Source of the DNA: an uncultured Gammaproteobacteria bacterium
GTDB taxonomy: Bacteria; Patescibacteriota; Microgenomatia; UBA12405
Direction: 5' to 3'
Length of the DNA stretch: 43,524 bases
Assembly (NCBI GenBank): GCA_964558195.1
Contig: CAZLCB010000002.1
Location: 1-43,524 of the forward strand
Shown here one piece after another: positions 15,472 to 24,893 of this stretch. The number at the start of each line of letters is the position of its first letter. The stretch's first letter is position 1. Below the pieces are notes generated by a model, which saw nothing but the letters and a program-made list of their open reading frames with translations, ran no database searches and was not told the DNA's origin. Position numbers and translations under genes: made by a program.

Positions 15472-18171
15472 ATGGCGGATTTTAAGTTAATTGAAAATAA
15501 GTGGGAAAAATTCTGGGAGGAACACCCAGAGATTTGTAGTGCCAAAAATCCAATAACCAAGAAACAAATTAATAATCAAGAAATAAACAAAGGTAAGAAG
15601 TATGTATTAGTGGAGTTCCCGTATCCAAGTGGAAGTGGTTTACATATTGGTCACGCTTTTAGTTTTACAGGGGCTGATGTTTACGCTAGGTTTCAGAGGA
15701 TGATAGGTTACAGCGTATTGTTTCCAATGGGTTGGGATGCTTTTGGTTTACCAACAGAGAATTATGCAATAAAAATGAAACGTAAGCCCCAGGAGATAAC
15801 TAGGGAGAATACAGATCATTTTAGAAAACAAATGAAAAGGTTGGCTTTTTCGTTTGATTGGGAGAGAGAGGTGGATACAACTGATCCACAATATTATAAG
15901 TGGACTCAATGGATTTTTATTCAATTATTTAAAAAAGGACTGGCTTATAAAAAAGAGATGCCAATTAATTGGTGTCCGAGTTGTAAAATTGGTTTGGCTA
16001 ATGAAGAAGTAGTCGATGGTAAGTGTGAAAGGTGTGGAGTTGAAGTTTCCCGGAGAAATATATCCCAATGGGTAGTAAAGATAACAGATTATGCGGATAA
16101 ATTAATTGAGGGTCTGAAAGGAACTGAGTTTATTGAAAAAGTAAAACAACAACAGATTAATTGGATAGGAAAGTCGGAAGGGGCAAATGTTAAATTTCTA
16201 ATTTCTAATGACCAATTTCTAAGCAAAACGGAAAAGCAATATCTGGAGGTGTTTACTACTAGACCGGATACACTTTTTGGAGCAACTTTTATGGTAATAG
16301 CACCGGAGCATAATTTAGTTGAAAGTTTAAAGTCAAAAGTTGAAAGTGAAAGGTGGGAAGAAATCAATAATTATGTAAAAAATGCGAGAAAAAAGAGTGA
16401 TATGGAAAGGACGGAACTTTCCAAAGATAAAACGGGAGTGTTCTCGGGATTATATGCGATTAATCCAGTGAATAATAAACAAATTCCAATCTGGATAAGT
16501 GATTTTGTATTGGCCAGTTACGGGACCGGAGCAATTATGTCAGTGCCGGCCCATGATGAGAGAGATTTTGCTTTTGCAAAAAAGTTTGGTTTAGAAATAG
16601 TACCGGTGGTATCTCCAGAAAATAATCAATGGGACTTTGATAAAAAACCCTATACAGATGTAGACAATGGAAGAATAATTAATTCGGAACCGATTGATGG
16701 CATGGTGCCGTCAGCGGCTTTTGAAAAAATGATAAAGTGGCTAGGGGAAAAAGGGATTGGGGAAAGAACGGCATCATATCATTTAAGGGATTGGATATTT
16801 AGCCGACAACATTATTGGGGAGAACCAATACCAATGATTAAATGTGATAAATGTGGTTGGGTGCCAGTACCAGATGAAGAATTACCAATAGTGTTACCAG
16901 AAGTGGAGGCATATGAGCCGACTGACGATGGTAAAAGTCCATTATCAAAAATTGATAGTTTTGTGAAATGTAAATGTCCTATTTGTGGCAAGGAAGCTGA
17001 GAGAGAAACCGATACGATGCCAAATTGGGCAGGAAGTGATTGGTACTTCTTGGGATATATATTGGCTAATAAAATTAATAACCAAGAAACAATAAACAAG
17101 AAACAAAATAAAGAAATAATTACTCAACGAAATTGCCACGGTTCGACTAATGTCGAATCTCGCAATGACGAAGCTAATGATACATTTACTGATATATTTA
17201 GTTCTAGTCAAGAAGAATTAAAATACTGGTCACCGGTAGATATTTATATTGGTGGAGATGAGCATAATGTACTTCATTTGCTTTATTCTCGGTTTATTTA
17301 TAAATTTTTGTGGGAGTTAGGAGTTTTACCAAAGGAAAAACCAGAGCCATATTTTAAAAGAATTTCTCATGGGGTAATTTTGGGTCCAGATAATCAGAGG
17401 ATGAGTAAATCCAGAGGAAACGTAATTGTGCCGGAAACCGTAGCGGATAAGTATGGGGTGGATGTGGTAAGAATGTACCTGATGTTTATGGGGCCATTTG
17501 ATTCAACCATGGCTTGGAATGAAAAGACATTGATGGGAGTAAAAAGATTTGTTGATCGCTTTAATGAATTCGATGAAAAATTAAATAAGGAGATTAAGAT
17601 GTCTCAATTATTTATTAATAGTGAAGAAGAATACCCTGAAGTAAAGGTAATTATTAATAAAACAATTAAAAAAGTAACTGAAGATCTTGAGCAGTTTAAA
17701 TATAATACTGCTATCGCTTCAATGATGGAACTGATAAATAAACTTCAGGAAATTAGAATAAGTAGATCGATTAAGCCTATTACTGACGGAAAACCAAATT
17801 GGATGTTGGTTGTTAGTAAAGAAAGTGTTAAGAAAATAATTAAATTAATAGCGCCGTTGGCGCCGTATATGGCTGAAGAGATGTGGAGTATGGTAAGAGA
17901 CGAGAATGATGTAGTTTCGGTCCATTTGAGTGATTGGCCAAAGGTTGATGAAAAATATTTAGTCGAAGATGAAATTAGTTTACCGGTGGCGATTAATGGT
18001 AAAGTGAGAGGTCAAATTAGTTTATCAAGTGAAAAGTTAAAAGTTGAAAGTAAAGAAGAGATAGTTGCTAAGGCAAAAGAATTAGAGCAGGTTAAAAAAT
18101 GGGTAGGAGAGGGTAAGATAGTTAAAGAGATATACGTACCAGGGAAAATGGTTAATTTGGTGATACAATGA
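15472..18171 (+). CDS. leuS: leucine--tRNA ligase
   Basis: Motifs FPYPSGSGLHIGH (HIGH), TTRPDTLFGATF, GTGAIMSVPAHDERDF, DTMPNWAGSDWYF, and PVDIYIGGDEH with KMSKSRGN (KMSKS). Confidence 0.97.
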   Translation: MADFKLIENKWEKFWEEHPEICSAKNPITKKQINNQEINKGKKYVLVEFPYPSGSGLHIGHAFSFTGADVYARFQRMIGYSVLFPMGWDAFGLPTENYAIKMKRKPQEITRENTDHFRKQMKRLAFSFDWEREVDTTDPQYYKWTQWIFIQLFKKGLAYKKEMPINWCPSCKIGLANEEVVDGKCERCGVEVSRRNISQWVVKITDYADKLIEGLKGTEFIEKVKQQQINWIGKSEGANVKFLISNDQFLSKTEKQYLEVFTTRPDTLFGATFMVIAPEHNLVESLKSKVESERWEEINNYVKNARKKSDMERTELSKDKTGVFSGLYAINPVNNKQIPIWISDFVLASYGTGAIMSVPAHDERDFAFAKKFGLEIVPVVSPENNQWDFDKKPYTDVDNGRIINSEPIDGMVPSAAFEKMIKWLGEKGIGERTASYHLRDWIFSRQHYWGEPIPMIKCDKCGWVPVPDEELPIVLPEVEAYEPTDDGKSPLSKIDSFVKCKCPICGKEAERETDTMPNWAGSDWYFLGYILANKINNQETINKKQNKEIITQRNCHGSTNVESRNDEANDTFTDIFSSSQEELKYWSPVDIYIGGDEHNVLHLLYSRFIYKFLWELGVLPKEKPEPYFKRISHGVILGPDNQRMSKSRGNVIVPETVADKYGVDVVRMYLMFMGPFDSTMAWNEKTLMGVKRFVDRFNEFDEKLNKEIKMSQLFINSEEEYPEVKVIINKTIKKVTEDLEQFKYNTAIASMMELINKLQEIRISRSIKPITDGKPNWMLVVSKESVKKIIKLIAPLAPYMAEEMWSMVRDENDVVSVHLSDWPKVDEKYLVEDEISLPVAINGKVRGQISLSSEKLKVESKEEIVAKAKELEQVKKWVGEGKIVKEIYVPGKMVNLVIQ

Positions 18172-18307
18172 TGTATTGGTGTTGCTGGTTTGAAACCAAG
18201 TGACATAGTTAATTAAATTGGTTCGATAAAATAATACAGAATATATCAAGCAGTTTGATATTTTGACTGCTAACGGTTATTAAATTGGTTGAAAGACCGA
18301 ATAAATC

Positions 18308-19537
18308 ATGAAAACTGAAACTTTAAAGCTAAAGAATGGAATTAGAGTAGCAATAGTGCCAATAATTGGCCTAAGGTCGGTGACAGCTGAGGTATTTTTG
18401 AAAATTGGATCGAAATATGAGAAAAGTAATGAATTTGGAATCAGTCATTTTTTGGAACATATGGCTTTTAAGGGAACGATTAAGAGGCCGACAGCAACGG
18501 ATATAAATAAAGAAATTGATAGTAAAGGAGCGGGATATAATGCAGGAACAGGCCAGGAAATGACTTCTTACTATATAAATACGACCAGAGAAAATATTCC
18601 TTGGGCAGTAGAGATGTTGTCGGATATTTTAACTAATTCGGTGTTTGATAAGGATGAGGTTTTAAAAGAGCGAGGTGTCATTATTGAAGAGATAAGAATG
18701 TATCAAGATAACCCAATGATGGGTTTGTCGGGAGAATTGACAAAATTTTTGTATGGTAAGTCACCAATTGGTTGTTGGGATATTGCCGGAGAAGTAAAGG
18801 ATATTGGAGGGGTTAATCGGGATAAAGTAGTTGACTATAGAAATAGATTAATTAATTCGGAGAATATTGTAGTGGTTTTGGCTGGAGATGTTGATTCTGG
18901 AGCTTTTGGTGAAGTAGAAAAATATTTTGGTAGTTTTAGTTTGGGTAAGGTGAATAAATTGGATGAAGTAGAGGTAGTTTTAAATCAGGAAAAAGAAAAA
19001 AAGATAATTCGAGAAGTTGAGCAAGGTCATTTCGCCATGGCAGTACCGGCTTTAAGAAGTCGAGATGAAAGAAAATATGCTTTTAGGTTGTTGGATATAA
19101 TTTTGAACGGCAATAGTTCCTCGAGACTTTATCAAAAGATTAGAGAAGATCAGGGATTGGCTTATTATGTCTATTCAATTTCGGAAAGTTTTGAGGAGGC
19201 TGGTTTTTGGGGAGTTCAGTCAGGAGTAAAGTTGGATAAAATCGATGAGGCAATGGAAATAGTAAGAAAAGAAGTTTTGTCTATTAAAGACAGTGTTAGA
19301 GAAGATGAACTACAAAGGGCAAAAGATTATTTAACTGGAAAAGTAAAGTTAGCTATGGACAAGACGAGTTACTGGTCAAGTTTGATTGGTCAAAAATGGT
19401 TATTAGAAGATGAATTGGTGGATATAGAGAAAGAATTAAAAGAATATCAAAAGGTAGGCCTAAAAGAGGTTTCAGATTTGGCGGGGGAAATTTTTAGACC
19501 AGAGGAGATTAGGCAGGTTTTGATAGTAAAAAAGTAG
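18308..19537 (+). CDS. M16 family (pitrilysin/insulinase-like) zinc peptidase
   Basis: HxxEH motif in GISHFLEHMAFKGT. About 410 aa, with the typical two-domain length. Confidence 0.85.
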   Translation: MKTETLKLKNGIRVAIVPIIGLRSVTAEVFLKIGSKYEKSNEFGISHFLEHMAFKGTIKRPTATDINKEIDSKGAGYNAGTGQEMTSYYINTTRENIPWAVEMLSDILTNSVFDKDEVLKERGVIIEEIRMYQDNPMMGLSGELTKFLYGKSPIGCWDIAGEVKDIGGVNRDKVVDYRNRLINSENIVVVLAGDVDSGAFGEVEKYFGSFSLGKVNKLDEVEVVLNQEKEKKIIREVEQGHFAMAVPALRSRDERKYAFRLLDIILNGNSSSRLYQKIREDQGLAYYVYSISESFEEAGFWGVQSGVKLDKIDEAMEIVRKEVLSIKDSVREDELQRAKDYLTGKVKLAMDKTSYWSSLIGQKWLLEDELVDIEKELKEYQKVGLKEVSDLAGEIFRPEEIRQVLIVKK

Positions 19538-20416
19538 GTTTTTGAATAGGAAATGTTATTACAGGTTGTTGTAAGAACGTTTTAGCATTTGAATGTTTAT
19601 TCTGCTAGATAGAATTAGTGATTTTTTTATTTGGTTTATTAGGGTAAATTTCTATTTTTGATAATTTTTAGATTAGTTATTATAGGGTATTTTTAGATGG
19701 AAAAAGTTGACTTAAAATTGATTGGCTATGATTTTAAATGATATATTTTAAAAATTAAATTTTTATTGACCAACCAAGATAGTTGGTGGTGTAATGGAGG
19801 AGTAGGTTTTTGGCTATAAAAATGATTTAATTGATACTAATTAGAGATTGTTGCGGAGAAAAATATATTTTTAAGTATTAAATGATATAGAAGAGTAAGT
19901 TTTAAAAGTGATTATTTTGCGGTTATTTTATAGGAATAAGTTTAGGTATAAGTGATTCATTAAAAATGCGGAGATTAATAAAAATATGCGGTTAATTAAT
20001 ATATTTTAGCTTTAAAATATGCGGTTAATTGGTTTTGTTGGTGAGATTGGAAGGTAAAAAAGTTAGTTCTGAAGAAAGACGAATAAAGGTGAAATGAGAT
20101 TTGGTTTTGGTGAGACAAAATTATTTTTTAATAGTTTAAAAATAAAGAGTATTGAAACTGGTAAAAAAAGGATTTTTGGAGGCGATTTAGAAGAAAATGT
20201 TGTTTGAATTATAGGTTTATAGATTGATATATTGAAGTTAAAATATTTGTCAGTTTTGTTGGTTAAGTGCTAAGACTAGAAGTGAAACAGAGTCAACTGA
20301 AGCTATGGTTAAAAGTGAAATTAGATTGGATTTTGTGAGTATCCTCAGAAGGAACCCGCCTCGCGTCGACAAGCAACGCGAGTCGAGGCGGGTTGAACCT
20401 GGTTTGTGTTATTTAG

Positions 20417-20488
20417 TATCCCCAGGGGGAATTGAACCTCCATTTGTCGCTTAGGAGGCGACCGTTCTATCCGTTGAACTATGAGGAC
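20417..20488 (-). tRNA. tRNA-Arg (anticodon CCT)
   Basis: Manual cloverleaf: acceptor GTCCTCA/TGGGGAT (two GU pairs), D arm GTTC/GAAC, anticodon stem GTCGC/GCGAC with loop CTCCTAA, T arm GGAGG TTCAATT CCCCC (one A-C mismatch). No encoded CCA. Confidence 0.8.
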
Positions 20489-20580
20489 ATATTAGTTTGT
20501 CAGCTTGTCAGACTATCAGCTTTTTAGTTAAAAATTTATTTCTGAGAGGCTGAAGAACTGACCTTCTGAATAACTAAGGG

Positions 20581-20654
20581 TCGGGGATACTGGATTCGAA
20601 CCAGCAACCTCAGCGTCCCGAACGCTGCACGCTAGCCAATTGCGCCAATCCCCG
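20581..20654 (-). tRNA. tRNA-Pro (anticodon CGG)
   Basis: Manual cloverleaf: acceptor CGGGGAT/ATCCCCG, anticodon stem CAGCG/CGCTG with loop TTCGGGA, T arm GCTGG TTCGAAT CCAGT, discriminator A. Confidence 0.9.
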
Positions 20655-20741
20655 GTGAAGTAGCTTATTATAGCTTATTTTAGTAATACTGGTTTTGATA
20701 TGGTTGACGGTGGGCAAAAGTATATTTATACTGATTAATAT

Positions 20742-20978
20742 ATGACAGATCATGATAGAAACGTAAGGACGTTAGTAGTTTGTTTTGTTTTGGCTTTGGC
20801 AGTTTTAGTGCCTTTAAGGTTGTCACAAGAAAGACCTCTCTCACCAGTATTGGTAAGACAGGCGGAGGTTTTAGGTGAAACCGAAGTTGAAGAAACTGAA
20901 CAAATGGATTTAATTTATGCCGATGAAGTGGTATTGCCTGATGCTGAAATTTTGGAAGTAGTGGAAACTGAAGAGTAA
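20742..20978 (+). CDS. small membrane protein with acidic C-terminal tail, hypothetical
   Basis: TM helix LVVCFVLALAVLVPL. Promoter is TTGACG, 17 nt, TATACT, with the -10 box 9 nt before the ATG. Confidence 0.4.
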   Translation: MTDHDRNVRTLVVCFVLALAVLVPLRLSQERPLSPVLVRQAEVLGETEVEETEQMDLIYADEVVLPDAEILEVVETEE

Positions 20979-20994
20979 TTAAATAACGAATTAG

Positions 20995-22203
20995 TTATTT
21001 TTTGATGGAGAGGGAGTAAAGGTTTTCAGTAGAAGAGAGGGAGAGGTTGGTAAGAATAATTACTTTGCTGCCGTCAGACCAGGGATAAACACAGTTAGGG
21101 TCAAAATTTGAAGATAAGATGGTTTGTTGGTTGGTGCCATCGTAGTCGATGACTTTTAAGCTTTTATCTTGGACGTAGATAAGATTATTAGTGTTTGGTA
21201 TCCAGAAGATCTGAGAGACATCTTTTTGAGAACCAATAAGGAAGTTAGTGTCATCTTTAATATCATAAACATAATAATTGCCGGATTTAACTTGGCGACT
21301 TTGGGTTTGGGTGCTTTGAGCCGGCGGAGGAGTAATAATATTGTCAGTTATTTGTCCGTCAGCTTGGGCTAAATAAAGAATTTTATCTTCCTTAGTGGAA
21401 TATTGGACGTGCTGGGCTGATATAGTAGAAATTAATGGTTGAATATCTTTGGGAAGCTTGTCAATTTTGTTGGTGATAATTAAAGTTGTTTGGGTTTGCC
21501 AGTCGGTGTAAATCTCTTTGAGGTTTTTGGTGACGTCGGTAAGTTTTTGAGAAGAAATAGGGCTATCAAGGGAAAGGAGATAGTTAATTTTTGTTTTGGG
21601 GTTATTAGCAAGAACTTGTCGAGAGTTAGGTGAAAAGGTGTATTTAAATTCAGTCCAATTGATAATAGCGGAGTTGGTGGCTAACTGGCGAGTATCGCTG
21701 CGAAGAAAGGAAATGGGTAGACCATTGGACTCGATAAGGTAAAGACCGTTGTCTTTGGTGGCTGAAGCGGAAGCAACGGCATAAATAATTTTAGTATTAT
21801 CGATATTGGCTGAAGGATTGATAGCGCCGGTTAAAGTGATGGGTTTAAGATCAGGGACAGAACTAAAAAGTTGAATATCAGCTAAATAAACAGTTTCTGG
21901 TTTGACGGTAATATCTTTTTGCCAAGGATTGAAACCATTTTTACTGATTTTGAGATTATAGACACCAGGGGAGAGATTAAAAGTATCATCAGTGGCGGTA
22001 ATGAGTTTGTCGTTGATGTAAACAGAGGCACCTTTGGGATAAGAAACAGTAGAGATGATTCCGGTAGGGTCGAGGGTAAAGCCGTTTTTGAGGGAGAACC
22101 GGTAACCTCGGGCAAAAATGGAAATGAGATAAGTAAAGCTGATAATAAAAAAACCAACCAGGGCAATGAGAATAAGACTGCGTCGGTTCGAGCTATTTTC
22201 CAT
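20995..22203 (-). CDS. PEGA-domain membrane protein with C-terminal beta-rich (TolB-like) region
   Basis: N-terminal TM helix followed by a PEGA-like segment (YPKGASVYINDKLITATDDTFNLSPGVYNLKISKNGFNPW). Divergent from mreB. Confidence 0.6.
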   Translation of the reverse strand: MENSSNRRSLILIALVGFFIISFTYLISIFARGYRFSLKNGFTLDPTGIISTVSYPKGASVYINDKLITATDDTFNLSPGVYNLKISKNGFNPWQKDITVKPETVYLADIQLFSSVPDLKPITLTGAINPSANIDNTKIIYAVASASATKDNGLYLIESNGLPISFLRSDTRQLATNSAIINWTEFKYTFSPNSRQVLANNPKTKINYLLSLDSPISSQKLTDVTKNLKEIYTDWQTQTTLIITNKIDKLPKDIQPLISTISAQHVQYSTKEDKILYLAQADGQITDNIITPPPAQSTQTQSRQVKSGNYYVYDIKDDTNFLIGSQKDVSQIFWIPNTNNLIYVQDKSLKVIDYDGTNQQTILSSNFDPNCVYPWSDGSKVIILTNLSLSSTENLYSLSIKK

Positions 22204-22250
22204 AATTTTATTATAACTTAAGTGGTAGTTGGTTAGTGTATCATATTTAT

Positions 22251-23252
22251 ATGAAATTGCTGAAAAAGTTAGGAATAGACTTGGGGACAGCTAACAGTAT
22301 TGTGTGGGAAGCCGGTAAAGGAATTGTATTGAATGAACCAACAATTGTGGCGGTTGGAATTGAAGACAGAAAAGTGTTGGCGGTGGGTAATGAAGCTAAA
22401 AAAATGTTAGGGAAAACGCCGGAGTATATTGAAGTGGTTTGCCCTTTAGAAGATGGAGTAATTGCTGACTATGAAGTAACCGAGGCGATGTTGAGGTATT
22501 TTTTGCGTCAAGTAATGGGAAATAATTGGTTTATTGGTCCTGAGGTGATGGTGTGTGTGCCGGCGGGAGTAACTCAGGTGGAGCAAAGAGCAGTGTTAGA
22601 TGCAACTTTATCGGCTGGAGCTCGAAAGGCTTATTTAATAGATGAGCCGTTGGCGGCGGCAATTGGAGCAAAAATCCCAGTGTCGGAACCGTTTGGAAAT
22701 ATGATTGTGGATATTGGTGGTGGAGCAGCGGAAGCAGCGGTAATTGCTTTGGGAGGAGTAGTAACCCATAAAAGTGTAAAAGTTGGGGGTCAGAAATTAG
22801 ATAGAGCAATTATGGATTTTTTGAAAAAGAAACATAATTTAATTATTGGAGAGCAAACGGCCGAACTTATTAAGACAAAATTAGGGACGGCAATAAAACC
22901 AAAAAAAATAGAGACAATGGAAATCAATGGTCGAGACTCAATATATGGTTTACCAAAAAATATGTTGGTTGATAATGAAATGGTTTATGAGGCTTTGGCG
23001 CCAATGCTAGAAATGATCATTACTGTAATTAGAGATACTTTGGAAATAACTCCGCCGGAATTGGTGTCAGATATTGTGGATAGAGGGATTGTGTTAAGCG
23101 GAGGAACGGTTCAATTAAAAAATTTTAATACTTTAGTAACTCGAGAAATCGGAGTATCGGCCCATGTGGCGCTAGAGCCACAATTTTGTGTGATTAAAGG
23201 AACTGGAGTAGCAGTAGAAAATTTGGAAATTTATCGTCGGGCGATCAGGTGA
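22251..23252 (+). CDS. mreB: rod shape-determining protein MreB
   Basis: Actin-fold motifs GIDLGTANS, VPAGVTQVEQRA, DIGGG, GIVLSGG. ATG 22251 is preferred over GTG 22236. Confidence 0.93.
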   Translation: MKLLKKLGIDLGTANSIVWEAGKGIVLNEPTIVAVGIEDRKVLAVGNEAKKMLGKTPEYIEVVCPLEDGVIADYEVTEAMLRYFLRQVMGNNWFIGPEVMVCVPAGVTQVEQRAVLDATLSAGARKAYLIDEPLAAAIGAKIPVSEPFGNMIVDIGGGAAEAAVIALGGVVTHKSVKVGGQKLDRAIMDFLKKKHNLIIGEQTAELIKTKLGTAIKPKKIETMEINGRDSIYGLPKNMLVDNEMVYEALAPMLEMIITVIRDTLEITPPELVSDIVDRGIVLSGGTVQLKNFNTLVTREIGVSAHVALEPQFCVIKGTGVAVENLEIYRRAIR

Positions 23253-23282
23253 TACAGTTGCGATTTATATCTTATAAATCTT

Positions 23283-23315
23283 AAATTTCTAATTTCTAAT
23301 GTCTAATTTCTAATT
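23283..23315 (+). repeat. TTTCTAA-family heptamer block
   Basis: AAATTTCTAATTTCTAATGTCTAATTTCTAATT is nearly identical to 16192-16223 inside leuS and related to 24118-24145. Confidence 0.85.
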
Positions 23316-23644
23316 AAAATTAAGACTTATAATTAGCAATTTTATTTTTTGAGATAAAAAATAATATAAATAGTTATTTTTCCTTATTTATCTGTATTTT
23401 TAAGAGTAATAAAATTGTTCTAAAATAAATATTTAGCGGAAAATAAATTTTTAAAACAAAAACCTATAACTTGACAGGATTAGGGTGGGTGATATAGTTA
23501 AACTATAAAACTTATTTTTTATTAATATAAGATATGTTTTTGATGATTTTTTGCCGTTTTTTGAAGTTTTAAAAATGTTAAAATCAATTAGTGAAAGAAA
23601 AGAGATTAAAAAAACAGTCAAAAAAGGGTAAAGTGAGGTTAAAA

Positions 23645-24472
23645 ATGGCCGGGCTGAGTGATAACTTTTTCCTAAGTTACTGGAAAATATTCGATATATC
23701 GCTTTTTGGCAGACCTAGGGTTGATCTGCTAAATATTATAGGAAGAAATTTAGACTCAGGCACAAAAAAATATTGGATAGCGACGGTTAACCCGGAATTT
23801 GTGATGGCGGCAGAGAAGGACAGAGTTTTTAAGGATATTCTGAAGAGAACAAGTTTAAATGTGGTGGACGGGATAGGACTCGTCTGGGCTAGGGAATTAG
23901 ATCGTAGATCGTTGATTGTAGATCGTAGAAATTTAGTAAAAAAAACAATTCTAGCTTTTAAAGTTGGGGTAGAGGTTCTGAAAGGAAAGCACAAAGAACA
24001 AATATCGTCAGGGGCGGATTTGATTTTGGAATTAGCCAAAATGGCTAAAGAAAAAAATAAAAAAATATTTTTATTAGGTGGTTGGCAAGACAGAGCAAAA
24101 AAAACAGCCGAATTTTTAATGTCTAATTATCTAATTTCTAATAAAAAAATTGAGTGGTGTGCGGGTGAACCGGAGATTAGTAATGAAAAAGTGTTGAAAC
24201 AAATAAATCAATTTAAACCAGATATTTTGTTGGTGGCATATGGGATGAAGAGACAAGAATTTTGGGTTAATGATAATTTAGAAAAATTGGATGTAGGTTT
24301 AGTGATGGGAGTGGGGCGAAGTTTTGATTATTATAGTGGAGATTTGAAAAGAGCACCGAGTTGGATAAGGAAGATGGGGATGGAATGGTTTTATTCTTTA
24401 GTCAAAGAGCCAAAAAGATTTAAAAGGCAATTGGTGTTGCCAAAATTTATCTGGAAAGTATTATTTAATTAG
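23645..24472 (+). CDS. WecG/TagA/CpsF family glycosyltransferase
   Basis: Motifs NPEFVMAAEKD, VVDGIGLVWA, KIFLLGG, PDILLVAYGMKRQEFW, GVGRSFDYYSGDLKRAP, MEWFYSLVKEPKR. ATG 23645 has a GAGGT SD. Confidence 0.85.
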   Translation: MAGLSDNFFLSYWKIFDISLFGRPRVDLLNIIGRNLDSGTKKYWIATVNPEFVMAAEKDRVFKDILKRTSLNVVDGIGLVWARELDRRSLIVDRRNLVKKTILAFKVGVEVLKGKHKEQISSGADLILELAKMAKEKNKKIFLLGGWQDRAKKTAEFLMSNYLISNKKIEWCAGEPEISNEKVLKQINQFKPDILLVAYGMKRQEFWVNDNLEKLDVGLVMGVGRSFDYYSGDLKRAPSWIRKMGMEWFYSLVKEPKRFKRQLVLPKFIWKVLFN

Positions 24473-24479
24473 TTAATTT

Positions 24480-24893
24480 ATGGAGCTTAGAGAACAACAA
24501 GGTAAAGAATTTGTAATGAAACAAGATTTACCAAAATCTTTGTCGGTAGAAAAAATTCCAATGGAGAATCGACCGAACTTTGATGATTGGAAAGAACTTC
24601 AGGGTGGTATACCAGACTTGGAGCCATTTATGAAGGATAGATTTGGAAGAATTCTTTCTTATAATGTGGTTCATAATTATGAAAATTTAAAAGATCCGTC
24701 GGGTACAGGAGCAGTAGTAGTAACGCCGTTGTTTACAGCAGAAAAATGGGATGAAAATCCCTATGTTTATCGTAAAAATGGAAATAGAGAGGTGGCTTTT
24801 CCGGTGGCATTGGTTTGGGCTTGTCACGGAAAACCTTGTGAAATTAAAAGTGGCGGCAGGGATAAATATCCCAGAAGAAAAGTGACAAAATAA
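24480..24893 (+). CDS. hypothetical protein
   Basis: 137-aa ORF with host-like composition. I recognise no motif. Confidence 0.4.
   Translation: MELREQQGKEFVMKQDLPKSLSVEKIPMENRPNFDDWKELQGGIPDLEPFMKDRFGRILSYNVVHNYENLKDPSGTGAVVVTPLFTAEKWDENPYVYRKNGNREVAFPVALVWACHGKPCEIKSGGRDKYPRRKVTK

Noticed and set aside
16318-16352. AAAGT-type block in leuS (VESLKSKVESERW) as an insertion
   Set aside because: The local length of LeuRS here matches E. coli LeuRS as I recall it, so this copy is probably not an insertion. It is noted only as sequence resemblance.
19538-20345. AT-rich region as a chromosomal replication origin
   Set aside because: I saw no DnaA-box-like TTATCCACA/TGTGGATAA sequences, and no dnaA or dnaN genes are nearby. 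It is kept only as an open possibility under the TGCGG-box finding.
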